Source: Ruditapes philippinarum
Taxonomy: Eukaryota
Direction of reading: 5' to 3'
Assembly: GCF_026571515.1 (NCBI RefSeq)
Contig: NW_026866030.1
Coordinates: forward strand, 186,001-250,000
Length of the DNA stretch: 64,000 nt
Part shown: positions 24,549-37,884 of the stretch, one piece after another
Position numbering within the stretch: the stretch's first letter is position 1
Layout of the letters: every line of letters starts with the position of its first letter
Position numbers and translations under genes: made by a program
The notes under the pieces: model-generated
Databases searched by the model: none
Seen by the model: only the letters and a program-made list of their open reading frames with translations
Told to the model about the DNA's origin: nothing

Positions 24549-25069
24549 CTGAAATTGGTAAGAACAAAAAAGTTTTCATTAGTCTTAGTGTAAATTTGTT
24601 CATGCAGAAACACTAGCGAGATTCTTAAATGAAACAATCTAAGTCAAGTACAATGATAATTTAACGTTTAAAATAAATATTAGTGTTTAAAATAAATTTC
24701 CTTTCATGGTTTAAAACCCATATTTGGCTAGAAGAAAAAAGGAGAAAAAAAAACAAGAAGGAAAAAGAAAAAAAAGGAGCATGTAACTGTAACACTCTAA
24801 TTAGAATCGCCCTTCCATAGGTTTGATGTTTTTAACATGCTGCAAAATTCTTAGAGATTGAAAAAGAAATTCAGTTTTCTAAATCATTATTGGTTGCATC
24901 ATAATTGGTTGCAAAAAGAATAAGCTAGCAATAATTCTGTTGTGAAAAGCAAACTGTTAAATGATATTCCTGATTTTGATAAGACAGAGTTGCTTTGCAT
25001 ATTCATTTCAACTAAGGAATTGATCGTAAATCATATTTTCTAAAGAATACTGTCAGAAATTGATAAATC

Positions 25070-25319
25070 AGGTCGTTAACTTCAAACCACTTGCTCTTCA
25101 CCGCTGTGGGTTCGAATCCCGACAGGGACTTTGGATTATTTCATGTGAGGAAACTATCCAGCTAGCTTATGGAACGTCGGTGGTTCTACTCAGGTGCCCG
25201 TTAATGCCTGAAATAATGCACGGAAGGGCACCTGAGGTCTTCCTCTACCAGTAAAGCTGGAACGTTGCGATATGACCTATACTGTGTCGATGTGATTTAA
25301 AACCCAAAACAAACAAACA
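25070..25319 (+). mobile_element. 5'-truncated tRNA-derived SINE in the intron of TIR copy 3
   Basis: Closely matches 15405-15650; B box ggttcgaatcc. Confidence 0.9.
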
Positions 25320-27132
25320 TTGGTCAGAAACCAGTAAAGAATATATACTGACCAATGAAAGTCCTTAGATTTGAGTCAGAACTCGAGGCCTGGACTTACT
25401 TAATAAGGGTAAAAAAAACTACTGGACTACTTACGTCTTGAACAAGAAGACAGGGAAGATGCTGTAATGCTTAAAGCTAATGAAGATTCTCCACTCAGTT
25501 CTGGATTAACTCGTAAGTATTGTGCTTGAGATCTTTCTCCATCTATTTCTGTTTGTTCAGGCACCCTTTGATCTGATAGGTGACTCTGGAATACGTGGCA
25601 TTCTGGTTTTTCAGGGACAGGCTGTATCCTGTTCTGTTTGAATTTAACTTTCCTTTTAACATCATACACTTGAGTAGCGGTTGGTACAGGCACTTTTGGT
25701 GTACAATAAAATGGTGGTTGGCACTGGAACTGAATGAAGGACTGCGATAATCTGAGCCTTTTGCTTCTTCACAAACCTTTGGTGTTGTTTCTTCCAACTC
25801 AAGCTTAAGTAATGAATCAAGTGACATCCAATTGCTAGAACCTATAGCACTGTCTGTTTCACCATCAACTTCTGCCTTTGAAACTTGTGCTTCATAGGCA
25901 TGCTGATCTTTGGCCTGAGGTTCTTCAAGTTTTGTTTCTAAGTTTTCACAACTCTGTGCAGATTTTGATTGCCTTAAATTGGCGTTCTTGTTCTTCTTCC
26001 ATTTTTGAATAATTTAATTCAGGGCTATTTTCAGAATTCTGATTGGTTTTGTGTTCTGAAGACTTTATAATAACAGAGCTGGTTTCTGACTTTGTTCTTT
26101 GTTCAGATTTGGTAAATGTGATGGTTGCCATTGTTGATATATCCTGTAAAAGAAAACAAGTCTGCTGTAAGTATATCATAATTGTCATCAGATAAAGGCA
26201 TGTGTATATTAATTATTACTCCACACTTATGTATAAAAATTATAGATTTTATTACATATAGAACCTCTATACTTTATTTCATGGCATTGGTGATGGAAAT
26301 GTAAATAGAACCACTAATAATCTTCAGAAAACTATCAAGATAGCTCTTTCACATATTTTTGTCAATATTACTTAGCAGAACTGATTAACTTGTCAGAGAT
26401 GTCTGGGGGGAGGGTGCATGCATGTCATTTTCCAACTGTTTCAAAGCCGGAAAAAAATCTCTAAAATGGGTCAAACCCTCCATACTGAGTGAATTAGTAA
26501 GGGTAACATAAATTGAACCCACAACTGACATCTTGAAGTCATGCACTAAATTAATAGGGGACGTTTGCATAAATTGGAAAATTTTGTAGATTTTTATTCA
26601 TTATTCTGATTTATAGCTTAAGTGTGGAACTGAAATATATGCAGACAGTTTTTACTTATTACAAGTTGAATCTTTAAATGAGGTCATGTACGTAGTTAAA
26701 CTATTAACATTTGTCAGAGAGACATCAGTGTAATGTTTGGATGAGTGATGAAAATGTCTGTAAGAAAAGCATTTTAACTTAAAAATATTTTACAACAATG
26801 ACAATGTAACCCCCCCCAAAAAACATGTTATTACCTGAAATGAAAGTTCCCATTTTAATTTTTAAGTCTGTTAATACATGATTTGTGAATTATTCCTCCT
26901 TTTAAAGTTTTATGTGTATAGTACAGTTGTAGATCTACAGCAGTTGTACAGGTTAAACATTTGTTGGGAACCCAAATTACACAACTGAATGGGATCCCTA
27001 ACATTTTGTTTCTTTAAATAGAGTGAATAAATGTTGAAAAGGATATGTCTGTAATGTTTTGAAAAAGAAATTTTACCTGTAAGTATGATCAGTTATGTCT
27101 AAATCTTACTTCTTTTTCAATAAAAATGGTCT

Positions 27133-27160
27133 ACTTTCTTTTTCACAAAGGGGAATTCCC
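27133..27160 (-). promoter_or_regulatory. Adjacent NF-kB site and ISRE/IRF-like motif upstream of TIR copy 3
   Basis: Palindromic GGGAATTCCC at 27151-27160. GTGAAAAAGAAAGT (GAAANNGAAA) on the minus strand at 27146-27133. Candidate minus-strand splice donors at 27075 and 26833. Confidence 0.55.
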
Positions 27161-28902
27161 GTACTGTCTCTCTTGGATATTTTTAGATTTATGGGAGGTA
27201 ACTCTAAAGTGTCTTATAATGATGTTCATAAGGCTGCAGTATTTACTTCCCTTTCTTGAAATAAACTACATGTAATTAAATGTTAGTTTAATGTCTCATA
27301 TAAAGGCGAGTTTTTTTTTAGAAACAATATTACAATTAGCCATGTAATTTAAAATGAATGGGGTTATTTGTTGGCCCATGTTCAACATCACAAGTGACCA
27401 AGTTTTATTATAAAGTTAAAACCCGATGATCCCCAAGTTTGAAATGACATTAGCCTACATTACATTAATTATTGCCTGACCCTAACTCTTCCCAATCTAC
27501 CCTCCCTCAACATCCCGCTTTATATAATTAACATATTTTTGCTGTATCAATGACATTTATTGAAGAATGACATAAATCTAATATTTTTCCAATGTTTTGC
27601 CTTTAATATAAAAACTTCATAGGATGATGGATCTCATTGAGAAGAAGTGCAGTGCACAAGAACTTGTACTCTGCACTTCATGATTTTTGAGTTATTGCCC
27701 TTTGTTAATTTTCATACTTAATAGGCTTGGCCAGAGCATAACTTGGTCACTATGAATTTGATTGACTCCAAATATTGTATGCAAGCTTTTTTCATTGACC
27801 TGAAGTGCAGTGCTTAAGAATCCATCACAGAGTTCTCCATTTGATTTGTTAGTGTAAAACTTTTCCATGTTTTTGATAATATTAGTTTTATTAATCCTAT
27901 TGTAACATTGTTACAATAATTTCAAATGCCACTTAAGTTAAAGGTACATGTACATTGCAAGAACAGTGTTTATAAATAACCTATATTTTAAGAAGAAAAT
28001 GCCTAAGTGACAGCTATACTGTTCACAAGGCGACATATCCAACTTGCGGAGTTCTAGTTAATAACTTACCTTGCATTTCTGTGAGCTTGAATCCAGATAA
28101 AGAACATTCAAGTTCTTTAAAGCAAGCATAGGTAAGTGGTTCTACTGAGAGATGTGGGCTCGGCCCTGATGACACAAACAGCATATTTCTGTTCTAGCTT
28201 GAACTATACAGATACAATACTTAGGTCAGTTACAAACATTTTGTTATCTGTCTATACAGTGAAAGTGTTCTTTTATGTTACAGAGTAAATAGTTGAGTAA
28301 AACCATTTAACAGTCATGTATTATTAACTTGATATAATATTATAATACTCTCTTTCAGTGTGGATGGAATTTGTCACCTACGTGGTAAATGTACAAGAAT
28401 GGAAGGGAGTGCTTCCGAAGAATTACAGAATTGAGAAAGGTAAGAGACTGTGCTGTTGGTTTTCCAAACTTTGATATATGAGACTTTAAAGTGGCACACT
28501 TCCAGGTGAGTAAGTTTAAACATTACACTTGACAACATTTTTACTTATTTGAACAAATTTTTAACTTTTCAGAAACAATTTAACACTTATCTGGAGTTGT
28601 GCTGAATTTAACACTTCATTGTTAAAGTGGCATACATCTAGGCCCGTATTCAATATACATCTTAAGAATTTTCTTATCCTTACGTGATATTTTCCTTAAC
28701 TAAAGATAAGATATTTCTTATCCTTAAACAGTACTTAAAAAGCTACTTAAGTAATTTCTTAGCTAAAATTTTTCTTAAGGTTAAGAATTTTCTTATTTCG
28801 TTTGAGAAAATTCTTAAGTACGTTGCTAGGCTATTCTGGTTTTTCCATCGCTTAAAATAGTAATGGAAATGAGAATTATGCGCGCGCAGCGTCTCATTCA
28901 AC

Positions 28903-31900
28903 ATGGCGGAGGCAGCAGACGTAAAGAAACGCCGAAACGCCAATTTTTCGGCGAATGACTGCTTATTGCTGGCAAACATTATGGGGCAGTCATCAAACTT
29001 AAATAAAACACTGACGAATTACCAGTACGTTCGCCATAAGTTCAACAGCAGTAAGTATTTTGCCAATATTACGATGAAATGTTACATTTGACAGATGGCG
29101 GGAGTTGAAGGGAGATAACCAGCTACAATTCATTCTTCGATCTTTGACTAACGATGTATTTTAAACTCACTGAATCCGATTATTGTTATGTTGAAATAAA
29201 CTTTAACACTTAATAATAGAAGAAACATGCTTTTGTTGTTGATATAAAGTGACAGTGATTGATCGACAACCACTGAACAAAACAAAAATATATATCAGGA
29301 ATTATCTTGGCTGTCAGGGTTTGGTGGTTGTCTGCATTTGGTGGTCCCCACTCCCCAACCAGTACAGAATTATAAACACAGCAAAAACTTATACTTTTAT
29401 TAACCATTTAGTACTATCTAAATGCACTCATCTGTGGTGAATTTTTCTCTTTTTATGACATTTTGTTGCAAAAACGCAAAAACTACAATGTGTGGGATAG
29501 TAGGCATAGATAAGAGATACTAAGGAGGCAGGGTAATAAAATTGGATAAAAATATGATAACTTAAAAAAGGTGCATTTATTCATTTGTATGCTTTAATAT
29601 TGAATCCTTGTAAATATTAAAATTCCACAGTGCTACTGTAGACTAATATATCCCTTTATATAAATATACATGTATGGAGGATGTTTTTTTCTAGAAACTT
29701 AAAGATTACTGTAATTGTTGATATGAACTTTCAAGTTCCTGTTAACCAACATATACTATTGAAATTTAAATTTGATTCACTTTGTATTTGATTGTCTACC
29801 TGGCTGATAGAAACTACAGTTGACTCTCAATAAGTCAAAATCGCTTTACTCAAAATTCCGCGTTAGTCGAAGAATTTCTAAAGTCCCGTCAAATTTCCTT
29901 CTTTATCTTTGTATTTTAACTCCGCTTAGGTCAAATTTTGACTTACCGAGACTCCTGTTTAGTCGAAAAGAAAATTTGGTCCCGTCAATTAAAGTCCAAC
30001 ATATTTTCATTTCAATTAGTCGAAGTGTGAAAACAGACGACTGATCAAAAGTCGGCGACATCAAGGTGAGATGTTGTCACTCGTGATTTACACGTTTCAT
30101 AGTATTTTTTAATTGGTCATCATGTATTATTAACACGTCGTATAAGTGGCTTTAATCCGTTTCAGCACTTAATTGGTTTTAACAGTTAGATAACTAAATT
30201 AAAATTTAATTACATTTCTTTAAGAAAGGTGACTCGTGCCAGTATGACGGGTGTTAGTCAAATAACAGCCAAGGTATTGATTTGTGTTATCAACGTAAAT
30301 GACATTTGTATAATTAATGTTCGGTCATTTTGCATACATTTATTTGTACTTCCGGTTCACGATAGTTGCTACTTTCGTTTTCGTCCGATGATCAATTAAA
30401 TCAAATATAATTGTATGTTTATGTTTCACTATTTATATACTGTATTAAAATTTTGAATGATATATTTTTGTTCATTATGATTTGTAGTTGTAAGTAATTT
30501 ACCGTCATTTCAACGGTTAAATATTGCAGCATTGCCGCTAACAACAATAACAAACCTACTTCTTTGCACATTTAATCAGGCACATGTATAAATACATGTA
30601 CGACTGTCAAGGTAATTGCGGCAGTTCCACGTTACTCGAATTCCGTTTCTCTCGAAGTAAAATGCCCAGTCCCTTGGATTTCGAGTAACCGAGAGTCAAC
30701 TGTATATCCACAGTGTTTTCACATTTAAGAGAGACTCTGTATATATGGTGTTATAAATTTAGCATGTTAGCATGCTAAAATTTGAATTTTAAAATTATCA
30801 ATAATTGCTACACAGTCTCTTTGAATGTATAAAATAAAAATGTTTCGACTTCATTTAAAGTAGATATGTTATGTTTTGAACTCGTCATACTATAGGAGGT
30901 CACAATATGAATATATATATATATAGTGTCATTAAAAAAACTGGCAGTTTTTTAAGAAAAGATCAACTTCACTTGACATGTAATAGGGAATGCAGTTTCC
31001 CATACATAGTATTACAGTGTAGTATATTCATTATTTTATCAATTTTAAACATATTCAGTAAGAATTTCATGAATTTCAATACATTTCTAAGGTTAAAATA
31101 TCTTACCTACAGATGAGCATAGTATATCTTTAAAGTGTATGGAAACCCAAGCATTATATTTTATTGCTCATCAATATGCATTTCCTTTTTTGCTCAGGCA
31201 TAACATCATCAACAAAGAAAATAAACTGGACCAAAATAACTGAGAACTTTAATACTGTGGCAGAAGTTCCAAGGAAGACAGAGGACATTGTTAAAAAATG
31301 GGACAACCTGGTACAAACACACAGGTTAAAGTATCAGGACTTCCAGAGGGAACAGTCTGCTACAGGTAACATACAATTTTTTTAATATTCAAGCATGAGT
31401 AAAGCAAATGTTTATATTATGTGTTGTAGGTGTTTGAGGCTTTTCTATATTCAATCTGTTACTTGGATAATCTTGGATAATCTTATCATTATTACAAGTA
31501 TAAATAAGAAATGGAACCACATTGGCCCACTAGCACCAACGACATGTAGGTATAGTATTCAATCTTTTTTTAAAAATGTATCATTTAAATTAAGAAATTC
31601 CTTTACATCAATATTAACAATCAATGTCAAGAATAATGATAACATGATGCATATATTCACTTTATCTGAGTTATAGCCTAACTTTTTTATCTTTCAGGTG
31701 GTGGTCCACAACCAGGAAAGATGTCTGCAATTACTGAGGCAGTGATGGATGTAATTGGGAGGAATTCAGTAAATACAGTAGGAATTCCTGGTTCTACAAA
31801 TTATGATTCTTCCTTGATGATGTTAGAAAGGTATCATTTTATTAATCATTTAACACAGTAAACACTTAACCTATAAATGAATAGTTGTATACAGTTTGTT

Positions 31901-33147
31901 TTGTTTCATAATATTATGTAACAATACAGACATTTTATAAAACTTTTTCCATTAGCTGTCAGAAAATTGTGTTATCAAAATTCAGAATTTAAGAACATCA
32001 TAATCATGTCAGTTAAACCCAATTCTTTGATGCATAGAAAATACTTATTTACATCACAAAATTGTATAAACTGATAAAGGTATATTTTGTGTATGATAAT
32101 TTGATAAAGCCAGTCTGTTTTTATACAGCATACAAGATAACACATATGCTGTACATGTATGTACAAATGTACACTGAAAGTTCTAGACCTAGCAGGTGAT
32201 AGTTCATTTCAAAATAACAGTTCATCTGAAGCAGTTTTATTATATTTAAATTCTAAAACATTCATATTTATTGTGTTTTAACAGGCTATTGACATGTAAC
32301 AATTTTAATTTTCAATTACTGATTTTGCAATACTTTATACAAAAATGTTGGATGTGTCTAAGCCTATTATCTTGTAATGAACTTGAATTAATGGTCTCTT
32401 TTGATTACATCAACAATGCTTATCTGGAATTCAAAAAAATATCAGCTTTTCATAAAGGTTATCATTTATCCTTTACCATTTCTATGAAATAAAATGTGTA
32501 CAAACATTGTTTTCTTCAGTGATTCATAGAAATATATTGTAGTCATGTTTGAGTTTAATGTTACAAACTCTATTTTCACAAGATTTCATTTCTATTAATA
32601 CATGTATCTATTTTTTCTGTTTTTTGTCCAGACTGACACAGAAGACCACAGACAACACCAAAACAACAGAGGATATTGACATGTAAAATTTACTTTTAAA
32701 TTATTGATTTTGTAATACTTAATTGAGAAAATATGAGATATGTCTTTGCCTGTTATCTCAAAATTATCATAAACTATTTTTCAGTTTGTGTTAACTTTTG
32801 ATATTAAATGCTGTTTGTTCTCTGTTGGACAATGCTTATATCTGAATTAAAAAGAAACATCTGCTTTCCTTAAATAATATTTTATTGTGTACTGAAAAAT
32901 AACTTTTTACTCAATACATTTTCACTTTCCACTAAACTGATTCATTATTTACAGTATAACAGAAATTATGTTATCGGATCATGACAGTGAGGTAGATCTA
33001 GTGGGGCTGAAAACATCAAAAAGAAGTCTTCCATCAACATCAACATCTTGCGCAAAGTGCCAATGTTTAGACTGTTCAAGTATGAGACAACTGAAAAGAA
33101 AGAAACTTGAACTTCAAATTCAGTATTTTTCAAAAATTGAACAATGA
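28903..33147 (+). CDS. Harbinger Myb/SANT-like (trihelix, NAIF1/MSANTD-like) DNA-binding protein, ~230 aa
   Basis: Exons 28903-29050, 31198-31365, 31698-31830, 32632-32682 and 32955-33147, all GT-AG and phase-compatible (693 nt). Motifs KRRNANFS, W.KI.E.FN, KKWDNL, TGGG and C-terminal LKRKKLELQI. Exon 4 is least certain. Confidence 0.85.
29817..30702. mobile_element. Tc1/mariner/pogo-type MITE in intron 1 of the Myb gene
   Basis: TA on both sides; TIR cagttgactctc / gagagtcaactg. Confidence 0.85.
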
Positions 33148-33153
33148 ATGCTG

Positions 33154-33690
33154 GTTTTTGTGTCGCCTCTACAGAGTAGTGGCGACATATAGGGATCACT
33201 TCTCCGTTGTCTGTCTGTCTGTCCGTCTGTCTGTTACAAAACTTGTCCGGACTACTCCTCATAAACTACTGGTGCAATTTCATCCAAACTTTACAGGAAT
33301 GATCAGTACCAAGTCTAGTTGTGCATATTGTCAGCATTTTCCAGTTCAATGAATTTTGTCAGAGTTATGGCCCTTTAATAATTTTTTTTTAATTTGTCTG
33401 GGCTACTTTTCTTATACCACTTATGCAATTTCAATGAAACTTTACAGGATTGATTTGTAGCTCAAGTCCTTGTGCATATTGCACTGGTTTTCCGGTTGAA
33501 TGGTTTTTGGTCGAGTTATGGCTCTTTGATAAAAAGGTGTTATTTCTGTGTGTTGCCAGATACACAAAAGCTTGTCCGGACTACTCCTCATAAACTACTG
33601 GTGCAATTTCATCCAAACTTTACAGGAATGATCAGTACCAAGTCTAGTTGTGCACTGTCCGTCTGTCTGTCCGTCTGTCACAAAACTTGT
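33154..33690 (+). mobile_element. Family C element, 3'-truncated, directly after the Myb stop codon
   Basis: Near-identical to parts of 7563-8450. Confidence 0.85.
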
Positions 33691-34115
33691 TCATTCAGAT
33701 ATAGTCCGGCTACAGTGAAAATTATATTTTATAAATTTCACTAGTGATTAATCAGAATATAATCATCTGATATATTACAATAAAACACTGGAAAGCATGA
33801 AATAATGAAATGTTTCAAATTAGCTTAAACAATGTTTTTACAGACATATAAGTGAATAACATTTTATATTTGTTCTAGTAAACTTTATTAGCTGCTAAAT
33901 ATAGATATATTACTAACTTAGAAAAATTGTCACTTTGCCTGGAACTTACAATTACTTGTATACCAACAGGCACAATTTAAATGTCCAGCAAAAAGGAATC
34001 AAGAAGCACTTGGATTTAAAAGCATAATATTATGTCTGTTTATTAGTTTGAGCAAATGAACTTCATTTTTGAGTTTTTCATTTTGAATTATACAATAACA
34101 TTTACTTACTTATCA

Positions 34116-36198
34116 TCAAAAGTATGTCTGTACTATATGATCTCTGAATCTTAGACCATTCTGAAAAGCAGCATTGTTTCCATTGATTGTATTGTCTTGA
34201 GCATTACTGTTATCATCATTGTCATCATCATCATCATCTTGTAATGGCATTTGAATGTTTAGCCTCTTGCAAATGTTATGTAACACTGCACATGCTAGTA
34301 CTACTCTATAAATACATAAGTGCAAACAATTCCATATAAAATACATTTAAGCATATGCACACAATGCTATGATGAACTTGTAAATTAATGAAAATGTCAT
34401 ACATGCACATAATGTACTTTATTATAAAAAAAAAATTGCATTTAAGAACTTTCGGGACATTTACTGTATATGTATGTAAGGTATATATAAGGTGTCTTAT
34501 GACTTTTTATATTCAAAATTCAAAGATACATTTTGGCATTTCTTAGTTGTAGCAATATTGGTATTTCATATTAAATATTTGTTTTTTAAATGCACATTGA
34601 ATCATTATTTCTATGAATTTGTTCTAATATTAATGGGCCACTTCTTGAAACAAATTAATTGACAATCATATTTGATTTATCTAAACACAATAAATCACAA
34701 GTTTACCGATAATAATCCAGGTCCCTGCTACCAAAAGTCAAGGTCACATAGAGAGGTCAAATTTTGTTTGGGGAGCATTTAGTCATCATTTATTGATGGA
34801 TTGTAACACAAATGCTAATTATCATGACCATAAGTGGTACACATGCAATTTAGGTTAATATTTGCAAAGTAAAGGTCACTAGAGATGATGAAATATCCAG
34901 GAATTTTCCGGATATTGCCAAGAGCATATCTACTACATTTCTTTTATGCCCAAATCTCTGTCAAAACTTTTAAGGGTGTATTTGTCGACAATTTTGCCCT
35001 TGTATATTTTTTTGGACATGATTTATACTAGAACCAGCTGTTCGGGGGTTTATATGAAGAATAATAAGAAAAATAAATGTTTTTACTTGCAAACTTTTTC
35101 AGGCTTTAATGACACTTCTCGATGCAAAACTCCAAATCTCCGCTTCAGCTGTCCAATTCCACGTTCTACTTTGGCCCTTGTAATTTTATGACTCCTGCAT
35201 AGTTTGCCAAATTTTTCAGTAAGTTCAAAACTTGTATGTTGATAATGATGAAATATTATATCAAAGGCTTAATGGGCCTTTAATGTCAAATTCTTTCTAT
35301 TATATGTTTGTTAATTAACTTTACTGTTAAATGTATTGTACAAATATATATATATTAGTTAGATGTTCTGAATTCTTAAATAATTGTATTTAAAGAAATT
35401 GAATTACATTGAATAATATTTCTGACTTAAATAAAAAAGTTATTATAGATTAACTATTATAACATGTTTACTTATAATCTAGTTTATTTACCTGTTGTAT
35501 CCAATTTCACCACTAGTTTGGGGATTTATAAATGGTGTGAGCAACCATTTCTTACATGGATAGCCTGAATCTCCCAGCAGATGGTACTGTCCCACTGGCA
35601 TGTGTCCACCTTCAAATATTGTTGTTAAGCCACTTTGCTGTAGTATTCTGCTGTCATGAACAGATCCAGGCCATTTACATACTACATCTATGATCTGATC
35701 AAAGGGATCAAATGCTAGCTGAACATTCAATGAATGAAAGCCTTTCCGGTTAACATACAGCTCTTCATTATTTGCAGGTGCCTGTATTCTTATGTGTGTG
35801 CCGTCAATCACACCTACAACTTTAGGGAATTTGGCAATGCCATAAAATTCTTGTTGATTTTTAATCAGTTCCTCTCTGGTGCAAGGGAATTTGATAAATT
35901 GTCCAACAATGTCTGGACTGTTTAAAGCTGAGACTACCTCAGTCACAACTCTGCTAACTGTAGGCTGACTTACACCATGTATGTCAGCATCATTAAGCTG
36001 AATGGGTCCGGTGGCCAAGTACCTCAGAGTTACCAAAATCTTGTCTCTGACAGACAAACTGTTATTTCTCCTAGCCAGGGGTTGAATCTTGTTATACAAT
36101 AACTGCTCCAAATACCCTATTCCACCTTTGTCAAGCCTGTACCTATTTAGAACCTCTAAGTTAGGCATTGTGTCTATTGAAGTTAGGCGGTTTGTCAT
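34116..36198 (-). CDS. Harbinger (HARBI1-like) DDE transposase, at least 334 aa
   Basis: Exons 36198-35492, 35194-35087 and 34305-34116 (phase-2 GT-AG introns, 1005 nt open). Motifs LRYLATG, GVIDGTHI, NRKG.HS.NVQ, WPGSVHDS, LLGDSGY, VERGIGQLKRRF, LHN. An acceptor at 36201-36202 implies upstream exon(s). Confidence 0.95.
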
Positions 36199-37392
36199 TT
36201 CTGTTTAAGGTTTTAAAAAATAAAATGTAATCTTAAGTTCAGTAAGCACAGATTTTAGTTAAAATATAACAGTTACATAAACTATTTAACTCTCTATTAA
36301 GAGACAATCCCTATCAGTCACACTCTACTTTGTAAAACTAGAAAATATAACAAGGTGTTCTTTTAAGATTGGTTTTGAAAAAGATTGATTATACAAAATT
36401 TACTTGATTCAATTACATTACAATTTACATATCAAATGCAATCCGGCAAATAAATTATCCACACAAAAAGCCAGATAATACTTGGGTATAATGTGATGTA
36501 CATTTGTTTGCAATTCTGGTTCTTTTTATTAGTATAAGTTCCTCTAGCTGTCTTTTAATAATACTCATAAGTTTCAAGACAATTACATTCCTAGTTTAAG
36601 AGGTATACAATTTGAAATAAAAAAAAATAAAGAAAGGGAGACAATTAACGACAGCAACCAGACAGTTCCTGTATTTGTCTTACATGACATTTGCTTACAC
36701 TTTAATTTTCACGGTCATCATTTGTTGGAGTGGTATGCACTGAAATTAAGACATTAAATGCAGGGAAATAACTTCCATTTGTCATATATTATTCTTTTTA
36801 AATATACCCAGTAGGTTTCATGTCAATATGTTGTTTAACTATCAAGTTATGCTCAGGACAAAAATTTGTGACATACAGACAAAGACTTTTACCCTGGGGT
36901 AAATAATTTAACAGTACGAGATTTTAATATACATCCCTTCAGGTTTCAATGCTATAGACAGTAATACAATTTATTTATGACTACTCTTCAATTTGAGGTA
37001 ATGCCTCACTATATGTTATAAAGAAGAAAAGCCTAGAAGTTAAAATATTACAATTGAAGTGAATTCAATGCTAATTGGACAAAAGATAATTGTAACTCAT
37101 GATAAACACAGTGAATTTGGGTGTATGACAGATAACTGACAAAAAGCAATCATATCAACTAGTCCATGAGCATGTAATGTTTAAGCTACATTACATTAAA
37201 ATGAGTGATTAGTGATCACATGTGTAGCCTTATAATAGCCATGTTAGCAGTTGTATTGTGGGGCAAATGAACACCCTATATTTCAGGAATACTGTGTAGA
37301 ATATTTGCACCTTCTGCGCAGCAAGAGACACAAAAACAAAAATCATCAACAGGCTAAAACATCTTTTTTCTATTCAAGGGCCATTATTGAGT

Positions 37393-37884
37393 CAAACAGC
37401 AGAACTAGAGCTGTCAGTAGGATAGCAACGCTCGACTATTCTTAGTGCTCGATAGTAAAAGAGCCTTGATAATGTAAAAATTTCTGAGTTAATAACAAAA
37501 GGACAAAAGTTTTCATTAAATCCATGTTACAGTTATAGGCCTTGGAGAGAGTCCTATTATGCTCTCAAAGAATACTATAAAATTTCAACTTGTTTCAATA
37601 GAATATGAAAATTCTGAAGTGGTACGCAAACCTAAAAACACATTTTAATTTGAAAAAGGGGCATAATCTGTTAAAATGCTTGATACAGTTACCTCCTCCT
37701 GTCAGGTTGGGGTCATAATGGTGAACAAGTGTGCATAGTTGCAAAGCCATATGTCAATGGACTTTGAAAATATTTAAGGTATTACAAAAACTTTAACATA
37801 AGTGGTAACGCAGACACCAACGCTGACACTCGGGTGACTACATAAATAGCTTTACTTATTCTTCTGGAATAGTCGAGCTAAAAA
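37393..37884 (-). mobile_element. Family E tandem-core non-autonomous element (reverse orientation)
   Basis: Reverse complement of the termini and core of 50427-52113 (gctcgactatt / aatagtcgagc). Confidence 0.8.

Larger units (their letters stand above)
24094..26131 (-). pseudogene. TIR-domain gene, cluster copy 3; TIR exon intact, N-terminal exon with two compensating frameshifts
   Basis: MATITFT...IKSS matches MATVTVT...IKSS of copy 2. Exons 26131-25435 and 24548-24094 are joined by a phase-1 intron (1152 nt). The frame shifts near the T5 run at 26002-26006 and returns at ~25775-25700. Could be a functional gene with assembly indels. Confidence 0.7.

Noticed and set aside
18948-26131. Toll-like receptor or bacterial TIR (Thoeris-type) genes
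   Set aside because: No LRR or transmembrane exons are visible, and spliceosomal introns are present.
32966-33744. Repeated short ORFs (MRSSPDKF..., KLVRTTPHK...) as a gene family
   Set aside because: Chance translations of family C repeats. The paired ORFs at 15398/25060 are likewise SINE-derived and those at 39602-40044 come from the palindrome.
34116-36198. Host HARBI1 ortholog
   Set aside because: Enclosed by perfect TIRs together with a Myb partner, so it is a transposon gene; no gene symbol assigned.
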